From assembly GCA_964019335.1 (NCBI GenBank), contig OZ025685.1:62001-126000 (forward strand): 64,000 bases of DNA, in the 5' to 3' direction. The first letter of the stretch is position 1, and each line of letters opens with the position of its first letter. This DNA is from Diplonema japonicum. Lineage: Eukaryota > Protista > Euglenozoa: Diplonemea. The notes under the pieces are model-generated. The model did not search any database. It saw only the letters and a list, made by a program, of their open reading frames with translations, and was not told the DNA's origin. Made by a program: the position numbers and the translations under genes. Below, in pieces: positions 9,401 through 20,611 of the stretch.

Positions 9401-10666
9401 TGGTGTTCAGCTCAACCCCAGCCAGGGTGCCCCAGGTAACTAAGATTCTGCACTTGTGTGGTTTGCTCAGTGATGACACAACAACCCAGCTATGGTGATC
9501 AAGGAAATGACATGGAATACAGAAAAAGCTACAACTCAGCCACAATGATTAAGGACACGACACAGAATGCAGAAGAAGCTACAACTTGGCTGTGGTGCAC
9601 CCCCTGTAATCAAGTAGACAGTTCTTGTGCAGGGCACTGCCAACACCAGCCTCCTTTAACTCTTGTATATTATTCCAAAGGTGGTGGGGATAGCATGAAA
9701 AAACATCAGATGTGTTGTTCGCTGTTGACCTCCTCATCGGTCATCACCAGTAGCTCCTGAGTGGAAGAACATAATGCAGATGCTCAGGGTGACAAACAGG
9801 CAGCAAACTGCACAAGCGCCGAATCTTGGTTACCTGGGACACTCTGGCTGGGGTTGAGCTGTACACCACACATTAAAAATATGACACGGAATGCAGAAGA
9901 AGCTGTGCAGGGTGCCACCAACACCGGCCTCTTTTAACTCATATATATATATCATTCAGGTGGTGGGGATAACATGGAAATAGAAGAACCCATCCATTAG
10001 GTTCTACAGATTCTTAGACCACAAAGGAGGTGTTGCACAAATGGCAGAAGTGAAGAAGCAGAGCAATGAGCTAGCAGGTACCTCCTTACTTTGGAAGAGC
10101 AAGGTACCAAAGCATAACAGAGATGAGATTTGGGCACAAATACAGGACTTCATTATTGAAGGGGGTAGTATCTCTGAAGATATTACCTTTCTTGGAGATC
10201 CAAGTTTTTACCCTAGAGAGTTCAAAGGTGAAGCTGAACATAAAAAGTACACCCTCAACCCCCCTCTTACACACATAGTTAAGTGTTCTTATCTGAATCT
10301 GGCACCTGGAATTGAAAATTTTAGTACCGTTTACCCTTTCCTTGCACCTTCCTATGGTTGCTGCCCTTTTTTTGAGTTTTTAAAGCAACAACGAAAATGG
10401 GGGGGTACCGTAGATAGGCTCTGGGCCTTTAGGGGTTATCTTTCCTTTTCAGGTAGGGATAACATGAAAATATAAGAAAAACATCAGATGTGTTGTTTGC
10501 TGTTGACCTCCTCATCGGTCATCACTGAGCAAACCACATGAGCGCAGAATCTTGGTTACCCAGGACGCCCTGGCTGGGGTTGAGCTGAACACCGCAAATA
10601 TTAAGGGCATGATGCGGAACGCAGAAGAAGCTACAACCCGGCCGTGGTGATTAAGGACACGACGCA

Positions 10667-11392
10667 TTTTCTTTGGGGAAGGTCTCTGGACGTGGTACTG
10701 TCGATCCTGGTGCAAGCGCACCGTGTAGACCCGCTGTGTGCCGTGGTGTACAGCACCTTGATGATGCTGAGGAGGTGCTGGCTGAGGCGAGACAGGGCAA
10801 TGGTGGCATGGACGCAGTTGACGCAGGCATACGGGACTTCAGGGCAGGTGAAGCCGAGGGGGGTCGTAGGAAATGTGCTCCTGAGGTGGCTCCCGGCGAT
10901 CGGTTGGAAGTGGGTGAGGCTGGCGAGCTGCGGTGGGCGGAGGAAGGAACGTCCGTGTCGGCGATCGAGCTGGCGATTGACTTCGAGTGCTACAAAGAAG
11001 ACGTTGGGGTCAACGTCAACACGACGATTGACATCGACAAGAAGGCGGTGAGGATCAAGCGGATCCTGGATACGCTACAAGCGACATGGATGAGGGAGAA
11101 GAGGAGACGCGCTTTTCCGGCGCAGTCATGCAAGAACGTGAGATCACTACGATCCATTGGCCGCGACCACGTCGTTGGCTTTGATAGGAGGGCCCTGTTT
11201 GCATCGGGACTGACGGCGACCAAGCTGAAAGGACTGAGAGAAGATTACCGGAAGGAAAAGATTGGAAGATATAAACGACAGCTAGGCACTACGGTGGGTA
11301 GCAGGGAACGACCCTAAAAGGGGAGCATCATAAGGTAGGCACGCCACCGCGGCGGGCCGTTGCTAACCACTTCGTTCCTATCATAGTGAATT
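10667..11392 (+). mobile_element. Truncated, internally deleted non-LTR retrotransposon-like 3' remnant
   Basis: Two coding-like segments in different frames (RSLDVVLSILVQAHRVDP...GVVGNVLLRWLPAIGWKW; LRWAEEGTSVSAIELAIDFE...) resemble post-RT and C-terminal regions of protist LINE ORFs from recollection. The 3' end recurs at 4939-4975 and 37141-37240. No RT core present. Confidence 0.55.
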
Positions 11393-11815
11393 CTTTTTTT
11401 CCCCTAACCCTGTACATACAGCTTAGCCACTCCTTATACTTCCCTGAATTGAGGTGGTGCAGAGTCTTGGTTTGTACATGACACCACACCTGCGCTCCAC
11501 AGCATCATCGGAGTTTAATTTTTGGTTCTTCATTCTGTTTTCAAATGATTTAGGATTTTCCTTAGAGTAATTTTTATTTTGATCAATCCTACTCCTATCA
11601 GACATAATGTCACTGTCAATCTCCTCCTTCTTGCCATCATCTGCAAACGCTTGGTGTTACCCTGCATGTCTCAAATGTGTGTTGACCCTTTTTTATTTTG
11701 AATTCCCCTCTTTCCCCTTTTCTCTTTTTTCTTCTTCTATTTCTTCCTTTCTTTAATGCGTTGTGAAACATTGCAATCTCTTAAGCTTCCAACAGGCTCT
11801 TAAAAACAAAAGAAA

Positions 11816-12523
11816 ATGAAAACCCTTTTGCTGCTGTTGGTACTCCTCGTCTGCTCGTGCGAAGGTATGTTCGGCAAAGGGAGTGCAGTGCAGGAACTCA
11901 CACCGAAGACCATTGGCAAGTTTATGTCGGGTCACAAGCCTGCAATGCTGCTCTTGTATGCACCATGGTGTGGGCACTGCAAGTCCATCCACCCAGAGTT
12001 TGAAAAGCTTGCAAAGTCGGTGAAAGGCATTGTGAAGATAGGTGCCGTAGATGCTGACAAGTACAAGGAGATTGGCGGGCAGTACCAAGTCAAGGGATTC
12101 CCTACCATCAAAACCTTCGCTATGACCGACAAGAAGAGCAAGACACCCCTCGACTACCAACAGGAGCGCTCATTCAAGGCGATGAAGGCCACAGCTCTGT
12201 CCCTCGTGTCCTCAAAGAACGTAAAGAAGCCCACCAAGACCGCCGATATCACGAGCAAGCCACACGTCATCCTCTTCACAAAGAAGAAGGCCTCGCCGCC
12301 TCTGTTCAGTGTTGTCTCTGCCTCCCCGAAGCTCAAGGAGAAGTACACCTTCTACATGATCACAGAGAGCAACAAGCTCAAGGACGCCTACGCCCCGCCC
12401 ACGTGGCCTTCCGTCGGCATCTTCGTCGAGGGCGAGGAACCCAAATACCTTGAGATGGAAAAGGGTGTCGAGTACCAGAAGCTCGCAGAATTCATCCTTG
12501 GCGACGAAAGCAAGAAAGAATAA
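11816..12523 (+). CDS. PDI-family thioredoxin protein (PDIA6/Mpd1-like, one active Trx domain plus b-type domain)
   Basis: Signal peptide; LYAPWCGHCK; VKGFPTIK. Confidence 0.92.
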   Translation: MKTLLLLLVLLVCSCEGMFGKGSAVQELTPKTIGKFMSGHKPAMLLLYAPWCGHCKSIHPEFEKLAKSVKGIVKIGAVDADKYKEIGGQYQVKGFPTIKTFAMTDKKSKTPLDYQQERSFKAMKATALSLVSSKNVKKPTKTADITSKPHVILFTKKKASPPLFSVVSASPKLKEKYTFYMITESNKLKDAYAPPTWPSVGIFVEGEEPKYLEMEKGVEYQKLAEFILGDESKKE

Positions 12524-12741
12524 AAACGGACAGCCCCGAAATTACTTTTACCCTTTACCCCCCTTTACCCTTTTGCCCCTTTACCTCTGGCTGTATTTTG
12601 AACGCCTCAAGCAAAGTCTGAACACAGCTACTGCGCTTGCAAAATACAGCGAAGTGTTGAGTGTCGTTGAGGCTTACCCCTTCAACGTTGATGTTGTTCT
12701 GCCTGTCATATTATTCGTTCATCCACACACACCACAGGACG

Positions 12742-13797
12742 ATGTCGAAGAAGAACCACATTGTGAACGGGATCGACACGACCCAGGGTCCCCCCTGGCT
12801 GTGTCACGCGGGGCTCCCCTCCGATGGGAGCGTGATGGGGGCCAAGGAGTTGGAGGTGTTCGGTGACTTCATGAGCCCCACGAAGCGGGAAGTGGAAATG
12901 AAGGCGGGGGTAAGGGAAGTTGTGCAGAGGCATGTGAGGCAGTACGTGTCTGGCGATGCAACTGTGAAGCTTGTGGGCGCGGCTGCCTGCGGCATCGAGA
13001 GCTATGCCAACGACACTGAAATGGTGATCGAGCTGCCTACTACAAAGGACGAGGTTGATGTGCTGCGTGTGGTAGAGCACCTGTGCACAGACTTCGAGTG
13101 CGACTTAGACGAAGAGGCCGCACGGTTGACGATGAAAATACCTGACGAGCAGATCACAGTGCAGCTCACGTGCGATACTTACAACTCGAAGAAGCGACGC
13201 GAGGCAAGCATTATCCGCAAGCACCTTGCCGCCAACAAAGGCACTGCCAAGGTGGTGCGCATCATCAGGTCTATCATCAACCAGATGAAGCTAGTGAACC
13301 CTATCGGGCTCTCCTACGATGCTGTCACCGTTCTTGTCATCGCCTTTCTGGAGCACATGTGGCGCGGCGAGGACCTGCTGTGGACATTGAGGAGCTTCTT
13401 CTACTTCTACTCCAACTTCGAGTTCGGGAAGTACTCAGTGAGCATAACGTCTGAGGGGCCAAAGTTCCTCCCCAAGACACACCAAAACCAGATGGTCGTG
13501 CTTCACCCCATGGACGGAGGAAACCTCTGTGAGAAGACCATTGTGGGGCCCATCACGGCTACCTTTAAGTATGTGCTCCTGAGCATTGCTAAGTGGGACA
13601 CAAGTGCGTCCCTCTCGCGTGGGAAGTCGCTGCTGTTTAACCTCCTTGCCCACAAAGACTTGTGGCCCAGGTACATGAAGCTGAAAGGCATCCCTATAGA
13701 ACCCACCGTTCCGAAGCCTGCTGCCGTTGCCAGCACCAAGCCAGCTCCCGAAGAAGATCCCTCCCTCGCAGAGGCGTCTGGCCGGTGCGAAGCGTGA
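12742..13797 (+). CDS. TRF4/PAP2-like nucleotidyltransferase-fold protein, catalytically degenerate
   Basis: MSPTKREVEMK helix, VKLVGAAACG..YANDTEMVI (GS...DxD equivalent), GLSYDAVTVLVIAFL, FFYFYSNFEF, VLHPMDGGNL (PAP-associated-like). ATG follows a CA-rich ACAG acceptor. Confidence 0.72.
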   Translation: MSKKNHIVNGIDTTQGPPWLCHAGLPSDGSVMGAKELEVFGDFMSPTKREVEMKAGVREVVQRHVRQYVSGDATVKLVGAAACGIESYANDTEMVIELPTTKDEVDVLRVVEHLCTDFECDLDEEAARLTMKIPDEQITVQLTCDTYNSKKRREASIIRKHLAANKGTAKVVRIIRSIINQMKLVNPIGLSYDAVTVLVIAFLEHMWRGEDLLWTLRSFFYFYSNFEFGKYSVSITSEGPKFLPKTHQNQMVVLHPMDGGNLCEKTIVGPITATFKYVLLSIAKWDTSASLSRGKSLLFNLLAHKDLWPRYMKLKGIPIEPTVPKPAAVASTKPAPEEDPSLAEASGRCEA

Positions 13798-14171
13798 AAC
13801 AGACTGTCCAGTATCTTTTTTTTTTCTTTATACTTTTTTATCCCCCTTCCCCCACCCCACCATTCCCTTCTTTTTTTCAGCAGGGCGCCGCCAACACCGG
13901 CCTCCTTTAACTCATATATTTTTTTTCTCTCTTTTTCTTTTTTGGCATTTTGCTTCGCCGGATTTATTTCTGCCCCCCCCCCTTTTTTTTCTTTCTTGCG
14001 CAGCATGCCCAAAAGGTTCTCCTTTGGTCCTCGTTTTGGTCCTTTTTTTATTTCTTCTTTTCCCCCTTTTAAGTACTTACTGCGTGTGGCATTGTGACAT
14101 GTAGCCCCAAGGCAATAAGGTTAGATACCACCCTTTCTTTTCTTTTTGTCTCATCCCCCCTTTTCTTTGAC

Positions 14172-14205
<34 letters not shown>

Positions 14206-16064
14206 CGCATAAGGGACTTGCAGTCTATATCTTCTCCCTTCGGTTTGTTCTCCCCTCATTTTTCTTTTTTTCTCTTTTTTTTTTACTAACTTTTCCCCCT
14301 TTCCTTCTTCCTCCCTCTTTCTTTGGACATCTTATTTGTTCAAAATTGTTCCAAATCAATAAAAAGCGATTTTAAAAAATACTCCCGCAGTAAAACGAAA
14401 AAGAAGGGGGAATACAAAATTCTCTTGCTGACTCTTCCCTTTCCCCCAAACATTTTCTTCCTTTTCATTCTTCCCTCCCACTAACAAAATTTTTGCTACT
14501 GCAAGAGTAAAGGTAAGAGACCCGTCCCCCCCCCTTTATTTTCAAAGAATAAACCCCCTCCTTTGCCCCTTCTTTTTCTTCTTTATTTTCTTCTCCCCCC
14601 CCCCCCCCTTTTTATTCACGCTTTACAAAGATAAAAATGAAGCAAAAATCCTTTCCCCCTCCCCTCCTTTCGGTCTCCGCTCTCTTTCTCTTCTCTCCTC
14701 TCCCTCCTTCACTCCCCTCAACTGCATTCTATTCTACGAAAAAATTGAGAAAAAAAAAAAAGAAAAAAAAAAAAAGAGAGAACGAACCACCACGAAATAT
14801 CCCGCCACTCGTCAGCTTAGCTGTCTTCTTGCATCTTTTTGTTACCTTTTAAAACATAATTCGGTGTATCTGTTTCCTTTATTCCCTGCTGGGGCAGAGC
14901 GCAGAGGAGTCACCATCTTCGCGCTTGCTCCATCCCATGTTCCCCTTTTAGTCCACAGAGGAACCAAATTACTGAGAAGGGTCACTTAGACAACAAGAAT
15001 ACAGAGAGGGCTTCCATGCCCGAGGCATGGTGCAGCAGCCTAGTGACACGTGCATACGTGTGGCGCTATTTATTATATTATTTTACAGGAAAAAGTAGAA
15101 TTTTTCAAGAAAAAAAAAAAGAAAGAAGAAAAAAAAAAAAAACCATCAGAATGCAGACCTGTTACACATCCTTTTCTTTCGGTAGGTGATTTTTTTATTT
15201 TTTATTTTTTTTATTTTTACATTTAAATCTACATTTTGGAGGAAAAAGAAACGGAAAAAAATAAAAAGAAAATTAAATACAGGTTTTTGTTTTCTTTTTC
15301 TTTTTCACCCTCTTTTTTTCTCCCTCCCCCCTTCTTTTATTCTTTTTCTTTCCCTCCATATCTTCCCCGCATCTCTTCTTCTCCTTTTCCCTACGTGGGT
15401 GGGGTGGATTTAAAAAAAAGGAAATGTAAAAAGAAAAAAAAATGGGAATAACTGAGCGGACGAGGGCGAAGTGGTGGGACTTCTCCAAGGGAATGTCTTC
15501 CCTCCTTCCCTCTTCTCTCCCCTCCCCCAATTTCTCACTTTTTCTTTCCTTTCTCTTTTGGTCCTCTCTCGGTACCCTCAGAGACTCCTTGTTCTTTCTT
15601 TAACAAAAGAATGCAGCAAAAAAAAAAAAAAAAAAAAGTGGCAACATTTTTCATGTTGCTAGTCCTTCGTGAGGGAGAGATTGTGGTTCCTGTTGCACTG
15701 GAGGCCTCGCAAGTGCAAGCTTTTCTTCTTTTTTAAAATTTGGTCTCGCTTGCCATGGCAGCTTGTGCATCTTGGATGAGTGTGGCATGGCATAACGTGT
15801 AGGTTGTGCAGCAACCTGGTCTCCTTCTTATGTGATCTCATCGCGCTTCTGGTTCACTCCTCTAGTCCTTTGTTCCTCTGGACAGTAGCAGCAACAGTGC
15901 TGCCCCCCCCCTCCTTTTTTTCTACATCCAACCCACTCATTTTTATTCCATTCCTTTTTATTTCATTCATTTCATTCAGGCCGCCGTCCCTTCACTGTCT
16001 CACAGGAGCTACTAACTATCTAGCCCACTAGCTACACGTACTCAACTACACTTATATTTCTAAT

Positions 16065-17729
16065 ATGATCAGCACTACCGACAGCACCGGTCTGCAGGAG
16101 CAGGTTAACACGATGAGCATGCAGCAGTTCATGGGGCCCATGGCTGTGAACAACCAGATGAACGTCAGCCAGCCTCTGTTCCAGGACGGCATGTTCCCTG
16201 CCCAGTTCGCAGGCTTGCCCCTGCAGCAGCCTAACGTGCAGAACAACAACCAGATGCCCTTCCAGACGGGCACCACGTCGCCCCTCCAGCACCTGCAGCT
16301 CCAGCCCAACATGATCCAAGCACCGCTGCAGACGTCCATGCCCCTTCCCATGCCTGTGGGCACTGCGCCCATGCAGACTATCGCCACGCCCACCTTGGCC
16401 CCGTCTTCGCCCAGTGTACCCGTTGCCACTACCATCGCTGCCCCCCTCGCTGCAAGCACGGCTGCTCTTGCTGCTGCCCCTGCAGTCCCCACCGTGCCCG
16501 CTGTCCAGGGTGGTGAGGGCGAGGGCTCCAGACCCTCCCTCTTCATCGGAGGCATCCCGCATGACTGGACCTCCGCCGACGTCGCCGACTTCATCAACAC
16601 AAAGGACGCGACCTTCCACATGAAGGAGGGCTACTGCTTCGTCAACTTCCCTGACGACGGCATTGCTGAGCAAAAGGCGGCAGAGCTGGATGGCACGAGG
16701 CTCATCGGCGGGAAGACCCTCGGTGTCAGGGTCCAGACGAGGGACAACCACCAGAAGGCCAGGGACCACGCCAGCAAGAGGAAGGCCGCTGCGGCAGCAG
16801 CTGCAGCAGCAGCCACGACACCCACCTCAGTGACACTCGCACCGCAGCCGCTCCCCAACCCGGCAGGCGATGAGGCCGGGAATGCGACCCTGCCCACCGC
16901 GACCACTATTCAGAACAGCAATGGCAACAACGCGCTCCTGCAGCAGTTCGGGGGTGCCGTGGCCCAGTGGGACTCCCCGTCCATTGCGTACTCGTCGATG
17001 CCCGTCATCCAGCAGGCCAACACGCAGGTCATGCTGCAGCCCGCACAGAGGCTTGCCCAGACCGTGCAGTCCCAGCCGTTCTACAACGGGTCGCAAGGCT
17101 TGGTGCAGACGACCAACCTCATGTCCAACGTCCCCAACCAGCAGCAGCTGATGCCCTCCATGCAGCCCTTCATGGCCATGACGTCGCAGCCCATGGACCA
17201 GACCACAACACAGAACATGCAGCTGAGCCAGCCGCTAGAGGAGCTTATGTTCCCTGGTGTGCAGGGCATGCACAATGCTCTGGCGCCTGCGCCGGTTGTG
17301 AACAGTGGTGCGAACACGTTCGTTGCGCAGCAGGGGCAGCAGCAGATGCTCCAGGACGACAAGGCGAAGAAGTTCAAGAAGGTGAAGAAGACATGCCCGT
17401 CAGTGTTCGTGGGGGGACTCAACAACAGGGTGACGGAGAGGGACCTGCGCTCAATCTTCGGCCCCATCAACGAGATCACCAACATCACGATCAAGACGGG
17501 CTTCGCCTTCATCGACTTTGCGGATGATGACGCAGGCCTCATTGCCGTCCAGAGGTGCAACGGATGCATGCTTGACGGGAAGCCCATCGCCGTGCGTGTG
17601 CAGACCCAGGACAACAGGAAGACCGCACAGGAGGCCAAGAGGAACGGCAACAACGTCCCTGCTGTGTTCAAGAAGCTCGAGGACTCGGACATGGGCATGA
17701 CGGAGATCGCTACCCCCTCTGCACCGTAG
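16065..17729 (+). CDS. RNA-binding protein with two RRMs and Q/P/M-rich low-complexity regions
   Basis: RNP2/RNP1 pairs LFIGGI / EGYCFVNF and VFVGGL / TGFAFIDF; both RRMs end in VRVQT.DN. Confidence 0.92.
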   Translation: MISTTDSTGLQEQVNTMSMQQFMGPMAVNNQMNVSQPLFQDGMFPAQFAGLPLQQPNVQNNNQMPFQTGTTSPLQHLQLQPNMIQAPLQTSMPLPMPVGTAPMQTIATPTLAPSSPSVPVATTIAAPLAASTAALAAAPAVPTVPAVQGGEGEGSRPSLFIGGIPHDWTSADVADFINTKDATFHMKEGYCFVNFPDDGIAEQKAAELDGTRLIGGKTLGVRVQTRDNHQKARDHASKRKAAAAAAAAAATTPTSVTLAPQPLPNPAGDEAGNATLPTATTIQNSNGNNALLQQFGGAVAQWDSPSIAYSSMPVIQQANTQVMLQPAQRLAQTVQSQPFYNGSQGLVQTTNLMSNVPNQQQLMPSMQPFMAMTSQPMDQTTTQNMQLSQPLEELMFPGVQGMHNALAPAPVVNSGANTFVAQQGQQQMLQDDKAKKFKKVKKTCPSVFVGGLNNRVTERDLRSIFGPINEITNITIKTGFAFIDFADDDAGLIAVQRCNGCMLDGKPIAVRVQTQDNRKTAQEAKRNGNNVPAVFKKLEDSDMGMTEIATPSAP

Positions 17730-19338
17730 GCTGCTAGCGACGTGGCTACCTCCCTTCTTTTTTGTTTTTTTCCCTTCTTCTCTGGGTGTTTCCCCCTTGT
17801 TTTCTCCCTCTCCCCCTCTTTTTTATTTTATTTATCCTCCCACCCTCCTGCTCCTTCTTCTCGTTACTTTATACGCCTAATTTTGTTTTCTCGAAAATCT
17901 GAACGAAGGAAAAGAAAGAATAGCCAGTAATAATAACTACATTTTTACCCTCCCCTTTCCTCCGCACTGAAAAAATTGGGGGAAAAAAAAAGAAAAAAAA
18001 AAAAAAAAAAAAAAAAAAACGCCGAATTTAATTGCAACCCAACAGTGACAGGGGTGTATTTATTTTCTGTCAAAAAAGAAAAAGAAAAAGAAGCTAGCTT
18101 GTCAAAGCAGGAGAGGTACAAATCCTTTGTTGGAGGATGAAGTGAGGGGTAAAAGGGGTATTGTGAAGTATCGCAGCAAAGAAAAAAAAAATTAATCACA
18201 TCGGCTTACTTTTTTTTTTTGGGGGGGTATTAATATCTTATTAATTTTCCTCCCCTTATACCATTTCCCATTCCCCTTTTTTATTTCTCGTTCTAGTGTC
18301 AAAAAAAAAAAACCCACCCTTTTCAAAAAAAAAAAAAAAAAAAAAATGCAACTTTTTTTTTTTTTGCTTCATTTATTCACAGATTCCCCTGCCCGCTTTT
18401 TGTTGCCCCAACTAGCAAAATATTTTGATTGCTACCTATACCTCCTTGCGGGGTAAAGAAAAAAGGATCTCAGCCCTTTTCGCTCCCCCCCCTCTCCCCC
18501 AGGTTCACCCCTGCCAGACGCTCATTCTCTTTTTTTTTACCCCCCACACACACTCCCCCCTGCAGTACTTCCCCAAAAATTCGCTTTCACCTCTTCCCCC
18601 CATTTTTTAAAACAGCCATCGCACACACATTAAAGCCGTAAGGTTTCCCCCCCTTTTTTTTCCCCTCCTTTGAAGTAACTCACCTGGTTTCCTTTAGCTC
18701 TTGCTATTTCTTTTTTCAAATCCCCCCTTTTTTTAAGTCGATAAAACACGGTTTCCTTTTCAATATATTTTCCAGTATGAAAAATAATGAGAAAAAAAAG
18801 TTCGGGAAAAAAAAAAAAAAAAAAAAAAAAACAATATTGGATGCCCTCAATCGAGGGTCAGAGTCAGTGATCAAATCTTTGATATTCCGTGTTTTTCTTT
18901 TTTTTTGACGGAACCAATTCAGATGACATGTTAAAAATTGTCCAAAAAAAAAAAAAAAAAAATGCCATTCCCGAAGACCTGTGGCTTCACACGGATCAGC
19001 CCCACCCCGGGGCCATCCCTTTGGCCAGTGCCAATGCCAGCATCGGGCCAAAGGTGGGGAAACCGTGGTAAAAGAGGGGGAAGAAGAAATAGCAAGGACC
19101 AAAAAGCTGAATTGGCAACCACATGCTGTGCTTACCTTTAACCCCCCCCCCCCCCCCTCCCTATTTCTCACCCCCGCTTCCCCTCTCTTATTGTATCCTC
19201 CACCTGCGATCTCCTCATTAGGTTTTTTTTTCCTTCTCTCTGACAGGAAGCCCAACTTGGGACTGTTAGTGTCATTTTTTTTGTTCAGCAAATGAAAAAA
19301 AAAGCTATTCCCCCTTCCCTCTTTTTTTTTTCTCTTTT

Positions 19339-19369
<31 letters not shown>

Positions 19370-20554
19370 CGCTATGTCGTGTGCAAGGCTTCGGCCTCTT
19401 TTTTTTTGATAGTTGCAAAAAAAAAAAAAAGAAAAAAGAAAAGAAAAGAAATGCATCACAAACCTGAGCCCAGGTCGGCCACATGATCTTCAAACACCTG
19501 GAAATGTCCATCACCCTTCCAATACTCTTTCTTTTCTCTTTTATGTGAATTGGGGTGTGCATGAGGGATTGATGGGAACAACACCAAATTGATGGCTAAT
19601 AGGATGATGTTCCCCCTTTTTTTTCTTTTCTTTTTTTTTCTGAGTTTGCTCTTTTTATTTATTTTATTTTTACTTTACTGCTGGACTGGAGTTTACCTCC
19701 CCCCTTTTTTTTTTCTCTCCCCTCCTTTTCCCTTTATATTTTCTGGTACTATTTTTTTTTGTGTTTTTTTTTTTTGAAAGAAAGAAGTCAAAAGAGTGGA
19801 AAAAAAAAAGAAAAGGAAATGCAAACCGAGGAACAAGCTGCAATAAAAAAACGACAAAAAAAAAGGTAATTTGCGCAGAAGGAGGAGGGGGAGAGAATGA
19901 GAAAGGTTCCACCCCCCCCCATTTTTTCTTCTTTTTTTTGCCATGCAAAAAGATAGAAGTCTTTTTATTTGTGACAATAATGAAATAGGCATTTCTTACT
20001 TAAACGAAAAGGGGAATGCAGAAGAAAAGAAGGAGAAGAGGATAATGAGGCACAACATTTGTTTCTTTTTTTTTTCTTAGTTTTTTCTTTTTCTTACCCT
20101 TTTAGTTTTCCCCAAAGTACAAAAAGGGTAGGGGAAGTCCAAACAACACCAAGCACTATGAAACAAGGGAGGAAGGCTTGTTTAAAAAAAAAAAAAAAGA
20201 AAAAAAAAGGAAAAGGAAAAGGGAAAGAAACCACAAGAAAAAAAAAAAAAAAAAAAAAAAAAAAACTTCTTTGATTTCTTACAAGATACCTTGCACCCTT
20301 TTTTTTATACCTAAATCCGGCTACTTTTTTTTCCCCCTTTTCCCCTTCTTAAGGATATTACAAAGGCGTAAAAAGTTTGATGGCAACTGGCTGAACACAT
20401 AAACACTAATCTCTCTTTTATTCTTTTACCTTTTCTCTACTCTAGTGCCCAGGGCTTTGCAGATCTACCTACTTGCCCCTTGGTGTTACCGCCCAGTGCT
20501 CGGTATTTATAAAAGAAATAACATAGGGCTGTGTAGCATTAGGGGATGGCCCAA

Positions 20555-20611
<57 letters not shown>

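Larger units (their letters stand above)
3500..10666. repeat. CpG-depleted mosaic repeat domain in the divergent strand-switch region
   Basis: Recurrent modules in both orientations (e.g. GATGAGGAGGTCAACAG..CATCTGATG; GTTGTAGCTTCTTCTG..CCTTAATCAC; GCCAACACCGGCCTC..TTAACTC), minisatellites, very few CG dinucleotides, no credible intact gene. Confidence 0.85.

Noticed and set aside
10041-10475. 144-aa ORF inside the repeat domain
   Set aside because: No recognisable motif, CpG-eroded, runs into a repeat module; probably element debris.
11401-11411. CCCTAACCCT telomere-like motif
   Set aside because: Fewer than two units; expected by chance.
11423-11650. Minus-strand coding-like fragment (KENPKSF...) resembling a LINE ORF2 linker
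   Set aside because: Too short and weak to support a call.
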